Below, one piece after another: positions 48,638 to 61,228 of a stretch of DNA of 64,000 nucleotides; within the stretch, counting starts at the first letter, position 1, and the number at the start of each line of letters is the position of its first letter. Source of the stretch: an uncultured delta proteobacterium (GTDB lineage: Bacteria > Desulfobacterota > Desulfomonilia > UBA1062); contig CAVVYZ010000019.1 of assembly GCA_963752595.1 (NCBI GenBank), positions 61,102 to 125,101 of the forward strand. Direction: 5' to 3'. The position numbers and the translations under genes are program-made. The notes under the pieces are model-generated. The model saw nothing but the letters and a program-made list of their open reading frames with translations, did not search any database and was not told the origin of the DNA.

Positions 48638-49404
48638 ATCCTGCCGAAATCATCCTCGACCCGGACGATGTCGTCCTCTCCGAAGTAATTACCCTGCTGG
48701 ACTTCGATAAAGACAAGTTCCTGGTCTCCTATGTTTTCAATCCTGTGCGCTTTTTCATGGGGTATATCGATAGCCTCTGTCGGGGCGAGCTTCATATCGA
48801 CCTCGCCGACGGTTACGAGCGCCTGACCGGATATGATGATCCAGTGCTCTCTCCTCTTGCCGTGGTACTGGAGGCTCAGGCGCTTCCCCGGAAGCACAGT
48901 GATCCGCTTGACCTTATGGTCGTCTCGATCATCGGAGAGCACTTCAAAGCTTCCCCAGGGCCGCTTCTCTTTCTTCTTGCCGATCGCCATGACCCGAGAG
49001 TAGACGTCCAGATAGAACCGCACCCTGTCGCCGGCGAATGTATCGATCCCCGGGATGCCCTTGAGTCCTATGGATTCCACGGGCACATGCTCTGAGACGA
49101 AAAAGCTCGTGCCGCCTGCTGCCCGGAACAGAGCCATATCTTCCTCGCTCAGGATCTCGGGAATGGAAGATATCATGAGCTTGCCGGTCATGTTCGCAAA
49201 AAGTAAACCCAGCCCGCCCGTGAAATTATGGATAAGATCGTACCGGGCTGCCTTCTTCAGGAAGGCGCCTGCCTGAGTCAGCGATACTGCAGGCTCTGCA
49301 GAAGATTGAATCGTATGTACTTCAACCTCCATCCCTGCAGACTCCAACCCGCGGAAGAATTCCTCCGGCAACGAGGATTCCCCGACAAGAATGCCCACCT
49401 TCAT
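48634..49404 (-). CDS. Mannose-6-phosphate isomerase type II-like cupin with an N-terminal extra domain
   Basis: C-terminal RPWG, VKRITVLPGKRLSLQYH..R.EHW, HRIEN and EVQQG.YFGEDDIVR.EDDFGR; GGAGG RBS. Confidence 0.85.
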   Translation of the reverse strand: MKVGILVGESSLPEEFFRGLESAGMEVEVHTIQSSAEPAVSLTQAGAFLKKAARYDLIHNFTGGLGLLFANMTGKLMISSIPEILSEEDMALFRAAGGTSFFVSEHVPVESIGLKGIPGIDTFAGDRVRFYLDVYSRVMAIGKKKEKRPWGSFEVLSDDRDDHKVKRITVLPGKRLSLQYHGKRREHWIIISGQALVTVGEVDMKLAPTEAIDIPHEKAHRIENIGDQELVFIEVQQGNYFGEDDIVRVEDDFGRI

Positions 49405-49454
49405 GCCCTATCCTCCAATAAAATAAGAATATATCGCCGGACCGGCTCATAGCA

Positions 49455-49487
49455 AGAAAAAAGAGGAGACATCGCTGTCTCCTCTTT
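49455..49487 (-). terminator. Intrinsic terminator of the acs-etf-oxidoreductase operon
   Basis: AAAGAGGAGACA-TCGC-TGTCTCCTCTTT hairpin with a T-run on the minus strand, about 35 bp after the stop at 49522. Confidence 0.75.
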
Positions 49488-49521
49488 ATGTTTGATTCAG
49501 GGGTTTTGATTATAAAATAAA

Positions 49522-51677
49522 CTAACTTGCTGCTTCTTTATCATCCGTGTCGTTTGATTTTATTTCAATCCCTGCTGCCTTGGCTACAAGCACGGCGATA
49601 TCGATAGCCTGGAGCTTCTCCGAGAGTTCGAGCTCCTTGATGCCGTCCGAGAGCATGGTGTAGCAGAACGGGCATGCAGTGCATACGGTCTTGGCACCCG
49701 CAGCCTCGACCTCTTTGGTGCGCTTCTGGTTGATTCTCGATCCGAGGTCCTCTTCCATCCACATCCTGCCGCCGCCGGCGCCGCAGCAGAAGCTCTTGGC
49801 ATGGTGGCTCGCCATCTCGACCATGCTGCCGGCCCCGATGGCCTTGAGGATGTTTCTGGGCTGGTCATAGATCTTGTTGTATCTGCCCAGATAGCAGGAG
49901 TCGTGATAGGTGATGGTGCCGAGATCGCCGACGGGCTGATTCAGCTTGAGCTTGCCTTCTTTGATGAGCTTGTCGAGGATTTCGGTGTAATGGTACACGT
50001 TGAAATTGCCGCCGAGCTCTTTGTAGTCGTGCTTCAGCGTGTTGTATCCGTGCGGGCACATGGTGATGATCTTCTTACGTTGTACCCCTTGAAGGTCTCG
50101 ATGTTCGCCATGGCAAGCGCCTGATAGATATACTCGTTTCCGATCTTCTTGGCCGAGTCGCCGCAGCAGCCTTCCTCGGTGCCGAGGATCGCGAAATCGA
50201 GGCCTGCAGCCTTGAAGATCTTGGCAAGGGAAAGGGCAACCTTCTTGTTCAGGTCGTCGAAAGAACCTGCGCAGCCGACGTAGAAGAGGTACTCGGCTCC
50301 GCCCTTCTCGGACATGAGGGGAATGTCATGACCCTTGGCCCAGTCAGCCCTTACATGGGCCCCGATGCTCCACGGGTTGGAATTGTTCTCCATGCCCTTG
50401 AATACATCCAGTACCTCGGCCGGGAAATCGGATTCCATCATGACCATGTAGCGCCTGAGCTCGATGAGTTTCGGGAACTGGTTGACGTAGCACGGGCATG
50501 CCTCTACGCAGGCCATACAGGTGGTACAGGCCCAGATGGTGTCCTTGTCGATGGCATCGCCGATCAGTGCCGGTCCGGTGTACTCCTCGTCGGCCAGGAT
50601 CCGGTAATTGCCGTTCGAATCCATGGCAAACTTTGCCTTCTGCTCCATATAGGTGCGCATACTCTGGATCACATCCCTGGGCTTCAGCGGTTTGTCGGTG
50701 TTGAAGGCAGGGCAGACTTCCACGCAACGGCCGCAGCGGACACAGGCCTCGGCGTCGAAGAGGTCTTTCCAGGAATATTCTTCGAGTTTATGAATGCCGA
50801 ACGTCTCGGCATTTTCAAACATCTCAGGCGGCATCACCTTGATGGGCGGGTTCTGCACGTCAGCCCGCAGGAAGATGTTGACCGGAGCCAGGAAGATGTG
50901 GAGCAGCTTCGAGTATGCAATGTATACAATGAACCCGAGGGCGCCGAGGACATGGACCCACCAGATCACCACATGGGTATTCTTGATTGCCTGAATGCTC
51001 ATCCCCGAGAACAGGAAGGCAAGGATGCGGCCTCCCGGAGAGGTCCAGATGTACTGGTACATCGGGCTTGCGGGATTTGCTTCCGTTGCCTGTATTCTCA
51101 AGCCTTCGACCACGAATCCGGTCACGAGGATAGCAAGGATGAACCACAGAATGAGCTTGTCCTCGCCCTTCTCATCGAGCCATTTGGGCTTCATGACGTA
51201 TCTTCTGTACAGCGCCATGAGTATGCCGATGATGGCGAGGATACCGAAGACGTCGGCAAAAAGTGAGAGGCCGAGATAGAACCCGTCTTTCATGAACCAT
51301 ACATGCCAGATGGGCCAGATGACATCGGCCTGGACGAAAACTACGGCGGTGGTAATGGCAAGCGCGATGAACCCCCAGAGAATAAATGAATGGAAAATGC
51401 CCTGATACGGCTCTCTTAATATCTTCTTCTGGGCGAAAACATCGACCACTGCATACCATAACCGATCCCATGGTTTATTGAGCCTGTCTATTTCCGGCCC
51501 CTTTGCATTCATGACCACCTTGAGGCGGGTAAAAAATCCGCTCTTGGCAAGACCTTGGAAGAACAAAAGAAATGCACCCACCACGATTACATAGAGGAGA
51601 ACCTGCTCTGTCGGAAAGCCAGGCCCCAGGATGTTCCAAAAAACCTCTCTCGAAATTTCCGCTCCAGATCCGTGCAT
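49522..51677 (-). CDS. Membrane-bound FeS oxidoreductase (NarI-like TM domain + 2 FeS motifs + CCG domains; DUF224/FadF/EMO type), frameshift near 50070
   Basis: Transmembrane domain with His residues (HSFILWGF, WWVH, SKLLH); CVRCGRCVEVCP and CTTCMACVEACP; GCCG and FCCGAGGG; CPH.YNTLK continues in ORF 49522-50061. Confidence 0.88.
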
Positions 51678-51702
51678 AGTAGCCCCCTGAATCATTATTT
51701 CT

Positions 51703-51729
51703 ATGGGATGGGGGAGACCCCCATCCCAT
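51703..51729. other. Strong intra-operon hairpin between etfA and the FeS oxidoreductase gene
   Basis: ATGGGATGGGGG-AGA-CCCCCATCCCAT, 12-bp perfect stem with no T-tract. Confidence 0.7.
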
Positions 51730-51739
51730 GTTTTACTTC

Positions 51740-52708
51740 CTAGCCTTTAACCTTTTTGATCTCGTCGATCAGTGCTGGAACAACATTGAAGAGGTCATCC
51801 ACGACACCGTAGTCGGCCTTGGTGAAGATCGGCGCTTCGGCGTCCTTGTTGATGGCAACGATGACCTTGGATGTGCCCATACCGGCCAGATGCTGAATGG
51901 CGCCGGAAATACCGCAGGCAATGTACAGATTCGGGCTGACCGTCTTACCGGTCTGGCCTACCTGATACCGGTGTGCTCTCCAACCTGCGTCGACAGCGGC
52001 CCTGGATGCACCGGTCGTTGCTGTGGGTCCGAAAAGTTTCGCGAGATCTTCGAGCATCTTGAAGTTCTCGGGTCCCTTCATACCGCGGCCGCCGGATACG
52101 ATGATCTCGGCTTCCGTCTGATCGGGCTCGTTGGTCTGGGCGAGCTCTACGCTCTTCACGACTGCCTTGATTTTCGATGCATCGAGGCTCACCGCTACCT
52201 TTTCGACGGCGCCTGCACCTGCAACCTCTTTCACGGCGAATGAGTTGGGGCGGACGGCGATAACCTGAGGATCTGCAAGTGCCTCGACCATGGCATATGC
52301 CTTACCTGCGTACACCGGCCTCTTGGCAACGATCTTATCGCCGTTTTTCTGGAGGTCGACGCAGTCGGAGATGGCGCCGACTTTGAGTCTGGCAGCCACT
52401 GCGGGAATGAAATCCTTTCCCTGTGCTGTTGCGCTTGCAAGGATAACAGACGGTTTCACTTTGTCAGCCACCTGTGCAAAAGCCTGCACAAACGCTTCGG
52501 GCACGTAGTTCTCAAACTCCGGACCATCGACTACATATATCTTATCTGCACCAAACTTTGCAAGCTGAGAAGCGAGCCCTTCGGCGCCTTTGCCGATAAT
52601 TACTGCTGAAACCTCTCCTCCGAATTCCTTGGCCTTGCTTGCTACCTCAAAAGAGCCTTTCTTGATTTCGCCCTTCTGGACTTCTGCGTAAATAAGTGTT
52701 CCTGGCAT
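51740..52708 (-). CDS. etfA: Electron transfer flavoprotein alpha subunit
   Basis: IIVSGGRG, GASRAAVDAGW, QVGQTGKTV, GISGAIQHLAGM and AINKD. Confidence 0.96.
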   Translation of the reverse strand: MPGTLIYAEVQKGEIKKGSFEVASKAKEFGGEVSAVIIGKGAEGLASQLAKFGADKIYVVDGPEFENYVPEAFVQAFAQVADKVKPSVILASATAQGKDFIPAVAARLKVGAISDCVDLQKNGDKIVAKRPVYAGKAYAMVEALADPQVIAVRPNSFAVKEVAGAGAVEKVAVSLDASKIKAVVKSVELAQTNEPDQTEAEIIVSGGRGMKGPENFKMLEDLAKLFGPTATTGASRAAVDAGWRAHRYQVGQTGKTVSPNLYIACGISGAIQHLAGMGTSKVIVAINKDAEAPIFTKADYGVVDDLFNVVPALIDEIKKVKG

Positions 52709-52725
52709 CTCTCTTCACCTCCCTC

Positions 52726-53503
52726 TTAGACTATCTTCACGTCTTCATGAAGAATTCTGGCAAGTTCTTTCGCCTTTGCTGCTGCGTCGTCGCCCGCTAT
52801 TTTCTTTCCTGCCTGGCGCGCCGGCGGCAAGCTCATCTCTTTGACAGCGGTCTTCGGGCCCTTCGGCTACGCCGAGAGCTGCAGCCGTTTTCGCATCGAC
52901 GGGCTTCTTCTTTGCCTTCATGATACCGGGAAGAGATGCATACCTGGGCTCATTGAGGCCCTTCTGTGCCGAGAACACTGCCGGAAGCGGTACTTCGACC
53001 ACTGCCACGCCGCCTTCGACTTCTCTGGTCACGGTTGCCTTGCTCTTGTCGGCTGCCACGTCGAACTTGATCACCATGGTGACCACGGGGATGCCGAGCA
53101 TTTCGCCGAGCATCGCGGGAACCTGGCCTGAGTCGTCGTCAATAGCCTGTTTGCCGACGAAAACCGCATCGTACGTAAGACCCTTAATTGCTGCTGCCAA
53201 TGCTGCTGCAGTCGCATACGGATCGGCCTTTTCGGCATATGCAGCGTCATTGACGTGAACAGCAGTATCGGCGCCCATGGCGAGCGCTGTGCGGATAGCC
53301 TCGATAGCTCTGTCCGCGCCCAAGGATACGACCGTTACCGCACCTGCCTTCATCTTCTCTTTCTGGCGAAGTGCTTCTTCAACTGCGAACTCATCGTACG
53401 GATTCATTACCCATTTGACACCATCCTGTACAATACCTGCGCCCTGAACCTTGATCAGAGTTTCGGTATCAGGTACCTGCTTAATGCAAACTACTGTATT
53501 CAC
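52726..53503 (-). CDS. etfB: Electron transfer flavoprotein beta subunit (frameshift near 52855)
   Basis: CIKQVPDT, MNPYDEFAVEEA, ALAMGAD, GKQAIDDD and NEPRYASLPGIMKAKKK; true C-terminus LHEDVKIV-stop lies in a shifted frame. Confidence 0.94.
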
Positions 53504-53583
53504 ATTATCCTCCTTCCTACATATTTATATTAGCCTAGAGGCCTGTTTCCCTAACCCACCTGTGTTTGAGACGAGCCCAAACT

Positions 53584-55561
53584 TTACTTATCCCTGAAAT
53601 CCGGCTTCCGCTTATTCAAGAATGCGTTCAAGCCTTCTTTTGCATCGTGCGATATGGCCACCCTGGCAAAGTTCTCTGACTCGATCAGAAGACCGTCTTC
53701 AAAGGTAACCTCGAGCCCGGTGCTGATGGATTCCATGGCGGCACCAACTGCTATGCGGCTTTTTGCTGCGATAACCCCGGCAAAGGCCTTTGCTTCGTCC
53801 ATGAGCCGGTCCTGGGGGACTACCTTGTTCACAAGGCCCATCTCATAGGCATCTTTCGCGCTGTAATGGGACCCGGTGAGGATCATCTCCATGCCCTTTG
53901 CCTTTCCCACGATCCTGGGAAGGCGCTGGGTGCCTGCAAACCCCGGGATGAGGCCGAGCGTGATCTCGGGCAGGCCGAGCCGGGCCTTGTCGGAGGCTAT
54001 GCGCATATGGCACGACATGGCAAGTTCAAGGCCGCCTCCGAGGCAGAAGCCGTTGATCACTGCTATGATCGGCTTGTTCGAGCCCTCTATCGTGTTCGTC
54101 ATGAGATAGCCGCGGTTTGCGAGATTGATCCCGTCGTCATATTCCTTGAAGGCCTGCAGCTCTTCGATGTCGGCACCGGCTACGAATGCCTTGCCTTTAC
54201 CGGTCAGGAGGATGACCCGGACCTTCGGATCTGCCACGGCCTCGAGCACGGCCCTCGTGATGTCCGCCTTGGTCTTTCTGCTGATGGTATTCATGGGCGG
54301 ATTATCGATGGTCATGACTGCAACGCCGTCGGCATCGGTCTCATAGGTGCAGTTATTGAATGCGCTCTGCCCTTTTGCAAGTTCGGATATCATACCCGGT
54401 GCGGTAAACCGTTCAGGGCCGTATTCACTCGCCAGAGAAATCATGAGGTCGCTGACGATATCCCAGCCGATTTTTTCGGCGAAATGCAAGGGACCCCAGG
54501 CGACCTTGCTGGGGAAATTCGTGCCGTAAACCATGCCGCTATCGATGTCATTGGCCGAAGCCAGCCCGTCCGCAAGGATGTAGAGCGCTTCCCTGATCTG
54601 GACAGCCATCAGCCTCTCGGGAGAAAAGGCAAGATCGCTCGTATTGTTGTCTTTCCACCACTTCTTGAGGAAATCTTCCACATCTTTCGATGGAACCCTG
54701 GCGCTGGATGAGTAATCGTAGAAGCCCTTTCCTGTCTTCTGTCCGAGTGCCTTCTTCTTTTCCAGGGTTTTGAGCAGCTCAGGGATCGGCGTCCTGGAAC
54801 CGTACGCATCTTCAAGGGTCTTGGATGCATGCAGACCGACATCGAGGCCCACCAAATCCCACAGGGCAAAGGGACCCATGGGCATGCCGAAGGCGACCAT
54901 GGCCTCGTCGATCTCTTCTACGCTGCCCTCGCCTTCCATCAGCGAGAACACGGCCTCGTTCATATACGGCATGAGGATCCTGTTCACTACAAACCCCGGG
55001 CCGTTCTTCACCTTGATAGGTTCCTTGCCGATCCTGCCCGAGAACGCCATGCATGGTATCGATTATGTCTTTTGAGGTATTCTCGTCGTAGATAACCTCG
55101 ACGAGCTTCATGATGTGGGCCGGGTTGAAGAAATGCAGGCCTACGAAACGCGACTTATTCTTCAGCTTTTTCGAAATCTCAGGAAGCGAAAGCGTTGACG
55201 TGTTCGAGGCCAGAATCGTCCTCTCCGGGCAGATCCCTTCGAGCTCGGCGAAGATATCCTGTTTGAGCTTAATGATCTCGGGAACCGCCTCTATGACCAG
55301 ATCCACCTCGCCGAAGAATTTCTTGTCATACTTGACGGAGCCTTTGAGAAGGCCCTGCAGTTCATCGGCCTTCTTTTGGTCCATCTTCCCCTTCTTTACC
55401 AGTTTGCCGTAGATCTCTTCAGAATGCTGTACTGCCTTATCAATGAACTTCTGCTCAATGTCCTTGATAAAGCATTCGATCCCTACGCTGGAAAGGAGGT
55501 GCGCAATGCTGCCTCCCATGGCTCCTCCGCCTATGACGGCGGCTTTTTTGATCTGAAGCAT
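53584..55561 (-). CDS. Bifunctional 3-hydroxyacyl-CoA dehydrogenase (N-terminal) / enoyl-CoA hydratase (C-terminal), FadN-like; frameshift near 55052
   Basis: GGGAMG, IEAVPE, ASNTS and HFFNP (ORF 54812-55561) join PGFVVNR, PMGPF, FVAGADI, GGGLELAM and PGFAGTQRL (ORF 53584-55050). Confidence 0.88.
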
Positions 55562-55562
55562 T

Positions 55563-56165
55563 TTACCCTCCGATCTCCTTGCCGTTTTTCACAAACCCTG
55601 TGAGAAAGGAGTTGCCTACCATAGTCGCAACTTCATGTACGTCAAAGCGTTTCCTTCTGGCGGTAACAAGATATGTGGACAACTCGTCCAGGGAACCGAA
55701 AATGACGCGAGCACAGATGTCCGGTTTGAGATCGGTCTTGAATATTCCCTGGTCCTGACCCTGGGCAACGATGTCTGCGATAATGTTGAGATAAGCAAGA
55801 AAATGTTTGTTTTTGTATTCCCTCATGAATTTATTCGATTGCCTGAGCTCTACCTGGATAACCTCGGCAAGAGCCCTGTCCGATTCAATAATTGACAGAT
55901 GATTGTCACAGAAAGCGATTATTTTTTCTCGAGGGTCCACGATGTTCTCGAGTTTTGATTTCACAGACATGATGATCCGGTTGAGTTCCTCTTCGAAGAG
56001 TGAGATGAGAATGTCATCCTTGTTCTTGAAATAGAGGTATATGGTTCCATCCGCCACATGCGCCTCTCTCGCAATCTCGGAGACCTTGGAGTTATAGAAA
56101 CCTTCCATAGCAAAGACATGCTTGGCGGCATTCAGTATCATTCGGTATTTTTCTTCGCCTCTCAT
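55563..56165 (-). CDS. TetR-family regulator resembling Bacillus FadR (YsiA)
   Basis: KYRMILNAA...SKVSEIAREAHVADGTIYLYFKNKDDILISLF and ELRQS; lies inside a beta-oxidation/ETF operon. Confidence 0.88.
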   Translation of the reverse strand: MRGEEKYRMILNAAKHVFAMEGFYNSKVSEIAREAHVADGTIYLYFKNKDDILISLFEEELNRIIMSVKSKLENIVDPREKIIAFCDNHLSIIESDRALAEVIQVELRQSNKFMREYKNKHFLAYLNIIADIVAQGQDQGIFKTDLKPDICARVIFGSLDELSTYLVTARRKRFDVHEVATMVGNSFLTGFVKNGKEIGG

Positions 56166-56276
56166 TTGGTCCCTTCCTTACGATAAAAAACCAACATGAT
56201 AACGTACCATATGTGTTTTATGATAAACTGAGGGTTCCGCCTGTTGAACGGAACCCCCGTTTGTTTCTTTTAAAAC

Positions 56277-58238
<1,962 letters not shown>

Positions 58239-58281
58239 GTAACGCCTCCTGTAAAGAATATAATTTGCTACGTATCGATTC

Positions 58282-58332
58282 TTTATAGCGAAAGAGACAA
58301 GAGAGGTCAAGGAAAAATGAATGGTCATTCAT
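58282..58332 (-). promoter_or_regulatory. acs promoter and adjacent FadR-like operator
   Basis: Minus strand TTGACC (58310-58305), 17 bp, TATAAA (58287-58282); palindrome ATGAATG-GT-CATTCAT at 58317-58332. Confidence 0.7.
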
Positions 58333-58363
58333 CAAAGAAAAGGGAACCCTTTCATGCTTTCAT

Positions 58364-58391
58364 TTGTCATACTACCGGATTGTGCTATAAT
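58364..58391 (+). promoter_or_regulatory. Sigma70-type promoter for the divergent exported-protein gene
   Basis: TTGTCA, 16 bp, TATAAT with an extended TGn -10 element. Confidence 0.6.
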
Positions 58392-58423
58392 GCGCTTTAA
58401 TGAATCGTGTTTGGGGAGATAAA

Positions 58424-59671
58424 ATGAAAATATCATTGGTTTTATCGGCTTTATTTCTCTTTTTCTTCGGCCTTCACTCCGCCTTCGCCTTTGATGTCAA
58501 CGTGGATATCAAAGGCCCGCAGGATCTCGTCATGCTGAAGGACGGGATAAGCAAGACCATCACGGCCAGGTGCCTTGCAAAGAACGTCGGAACCGGGTCG
58601 GACTCGCCGCTGAACGTCTCCATCATTCAGCTCGGAGACACCATCTCTTTTGACGCGGTTCTCGATACAAACCCCCCAAAGGCATTCCACCTGGACCTGA
58701 AAGGCACGGGCGAGCTGTCTTCAGCCATCGATCAGATGATCGCCGAGATATTCACGGCCCCGCCCATGAAGAGCGCAGGAGAGGAAGAGCCGGCTGTCCG
58801 GATACCTCCCCAGGCAGTACATCCCGAGATCACGCTCCCCTTTGTCGCAACGTCATGCGCCGTTGTGAATGATACAATCTATATCAGCAGCGAAGACTCC
58901 ATGTATAAGATCGTGAGCGGCAAGGCCAAACCGTACTGGAAACCACCGGTTGCTTCCAGGATTTACCGCCTCTATCCCTATCAGGGAGCGGTCCTCGCCA
59001 TAACCGACAAAGCGAATTCCTTTCATACCTATATGGTTCAGGACGGCACGGTTACCAAGAGCTGGAATCGCTGCGTCGTCCCCGTTGAAGGCGGCCTTGT
59101 GGCGTCAAGGGTCTTTACGGATCTGGATTTTTCCGATGGGATAAACCGGTGGTCGAAGCCGGAGACCATTGAAGGAAATCCGGTACAAATTCCGGAAGGC
59201 CAGGATATCCTCTCGATGCTCTTAAGCGATGTCTCGCCTTCGGCAAACGGAGGTGAGATCGTGACCTTTGACAATTCTTCTCATCTTGCCATCCTCAACG
59301 GCAAGCAGTCCCTATGGGCCTCCGACACAAGGTTCAGCACCCTGCCCCTTTACCTGACCACCAGAGAGAGAGACCGGATGAATAAGAAGGACCCCCAGAT
59401 TCGCTTCTACCTCAAGCCGAGGATTCTCCTTAAGGGCAAGGATATCATTACCGTTCAGAATGAGGAAGGCATGTCAAAACTGCTGGGAAACGTGAAGATG
59501 TACGACTCATCACGGATCCTGGCCTACACCCCGGATGAGTCCGAGTTCACGGAAAGAGAACTCGCTACGATTCGGAATTACTACTGTGCGGACATCGCCC
59601 TTGACAAAGGCGATATCCTCGCGCTGGTAGTGAAGAAATCAACGAGCTTTATACAGCGTATCGACCTATAG
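58424..59671 (+). CDS. Exported hypothetical protein (beta-rich, possibly propeller-like C-terminus)
   Basis: Sec signal peptide MKISLVLSALFLFFFGLHSAFA; GGAG RBS; long ORF with its own promoter. Confidence 0.75.
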   Translation: MKISLVLSALFLFFFGLHSAFAFDVNVDIKGPQDLVMLKDGISKTITARCLAKNVGTGSDSPLNVSIIQLGDTISFDAVLDTNPPKAFHLDLKGTGELSSAIDQMIAEIFTAPPMKSAGEEEPAVRIPPQAVHPEITLPFVATSCAVVNDTIYISSEDSMYKIVSGKAKPYWKPPVASRIYRLYPYQGAVLAITDKANSFHTYMVQDGTVTKSWNRCVVPVEGGLVASRVFTDLDFSDGINRWSKPETIEGNPVQIPEGQDILSMLLSDVSPSANGGEIVTFDNSSHLAILNGKQSLWASDTRFSTLPLYLTTRERDRMNKKDPQIRFYLKPRILLKGKDIITVQNEEGMSKLLGNVKMYDSSRILAYTPDESEFTERELATIRNYYCADIALDKGDILALVVKKSTSFIQRIDL

Positions 59672-59681
59672 AGAAAGAAGC

Positions 59682-59882
59682 CTAAAGCGGGAAGAGGCCC
59701 TTTTTCTTTTTCCCGGCTTCTCCAGGCTTGTTCTGTTTATCGAGCTCGGATTCGAGCTCACTGTCTTTCACGGTAAGGTCTCTGCTGAAATCGGCGCAGT
59801 GGATGCCCGCGCCTTTATTGAATTTCTTCTTACAGTCAGCTCTCCAGGCACATATTGGGCATAACGATCTATCCATTGTCAT
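59682..59882 (-). CDS. Small Cys-motif hypothetical protein
   Basis: CPICAWRADCKKKF...HCADFSRD; AGGA upstream of the ATG; co-oriented downstream of waaA. Confidence 0.6.
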   Translation of the reverse strand: MTMDRSLCPICAWRADCKKKFNKGAGIHCADFSRDLTVKDSELESELDKQNKPGEAGKKKKGLFPL

Positions 59883-59986
59883 AATTTTCCTAATAAAGGG
59901 CAATGGTGATATTGTCAACGAGAAACAGGGATTTACAAAAGATTATCCTTAATCGCCCTTGGCAGTGATACTGGAGGATGAACCGC

Positions 59987-61228
59987 CTATACGAGATATC
60001 TTTCCAAAGCATCGAGGTATCGCGCCGTCACCCCTTTCTGTTTCTCCAGCAGATAGCGCGCTTCCTGGGCAAGATCGTAATATTTATCGGGCTGGGTGAT
60101 GATATCCACGATCGCGTCCCCCAGTTCCCTCGAATTATATATGCAAATGGTAAACCCCTGGACCACTTCCAGTGCCCACAGGAAATTATCCATGTGTGGG
60201 CCGTGGATCGTTGCAACTCCCCAGGCTATGGGCTCAAGGATATTCTGTCCGCCCAGGTCTTTCAGGGACCCTCCCACAAAGGCCGCATCCGATGCTCCGT
60301 AGAGGCTGAAGAGCTCTCCCATGGTATCGACGATGAGCAGGTCGGTTTCCTGCTCCATCCTGCTCCTCAAGCACCAGCCTAATTCGCTCTGCTCGGCAAG
60401 CTCGGCCAGAAGGCCGATCTGCCCGGGATGCCTCGGTGCAAGAATGGCGAACAGGTCCGGAACTTCCGAAGATGCTTTTTTCACAGCATCAACGACCATC
60501 TCTTCCTCGCCATCTCTGATGCTTCCCGCTATGAAGACGGGCCTGTCTTCGACTCCGAGGTCTGCCCTCATCTCATCTCGTTTGTTTAAGTCCACCTGAG
60601 ACAGGCTGTCGAGCTTCAGGTTTCCCAGTGTTTCCACCTTCATTGCACCAAGCCGTGAAAATTTCAGGGCATCGCTTTCCGCCATCGCCAATACCCGGAC
60701 GCCCGTAAGTATTCTTTCAGCCAGACGCGGGGCAAGAGAATATCTCCGGAAAGAACGCTCCGTCATACGTGCGTTCACGATGATAACCGGGATATCCAGG
60801 CGCTGTGCAGCCATGATCATATTCGGCCACAGTTCCGTTTCCACGATGATGAGGGCCTTTGGAGAGAGCTTACGGAAATAGCGCTTCATAATGAAGGCGG
60901 CGTCAAAAGGCAGGGGCATTACCGCGTCCAGTTCCGTTATCGACGATGCCACCTGCCTGCCTGTTGCCGTCATGGCGCTCAGGCAGACGAACAGCGCCGG
61001 GTTTGCCCCTTTGAGCGCCTTGACCAGCCCGGAGACGGCCTTTACCTCGCCTACCGATGCCGCATGCACCCAGATGACCGGCCTTCCGGCCGGAATACGG
61101 GGAAGCCTGAAACCCAGCCTCGAGGCTATGGTGCCTCTGAAATTGGGGTGACGTGAGAGAATGAGCCCCGCCGGCCAGACGAGAAGAGCAATCAGGATGC
61201 GGTATAAGAGGATCAGGACTCGCTCCAT
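59987..61228 (-). CDS. waaA: 3-deoxy-D-manno-octulosonic acid (Kdo) transferase
   Basis: WVHAASVGE, ETELWPN, NARM, GNLKLD, APRHP, DTMGEL and GGQNILEP. Confidence 0.94.
   Translation of the reverse strand: MERVLILLYRILIALLVWPAGLILSRHPNFRGTIASRLGFRLPRIPAGRPVIWVHAASVGEVKAVSGLVKALKGANPALFVCLSAMTATGRQVASSITELDAVMPLPFDAAFIMKRYFRKLSPKALIIVETELWPNMIMAAQRLDIPVIIVNARMTERSFRRYSLAPRLAERILTGVRVLAMAESDALKFSRLGAMKVETLGNLKLDSLSQVDLNKRDEMRADLGVEDRPVFIAGSIRDGEEEMVVDAVKKASSEVPDLFAILAPRHPGQIGLLAELAEQSELGWCLRSRMEQETDLLIVDTMGELFSLYGASDAAFVGGSLKDLGGQNILEPIAWGVATIHGPHMDNFLWALEVVQGFTICIYNSRELGDAIVDIITQPDKYYDLAQEARYLLEKQKGVTARYLDALERYLV

Noticed and set aside
58239-58328. N-terminal extension of Acs
   Set aside because: The region contains the predicted promoter and operator; ATG 58238 has a GGAGG RBS.
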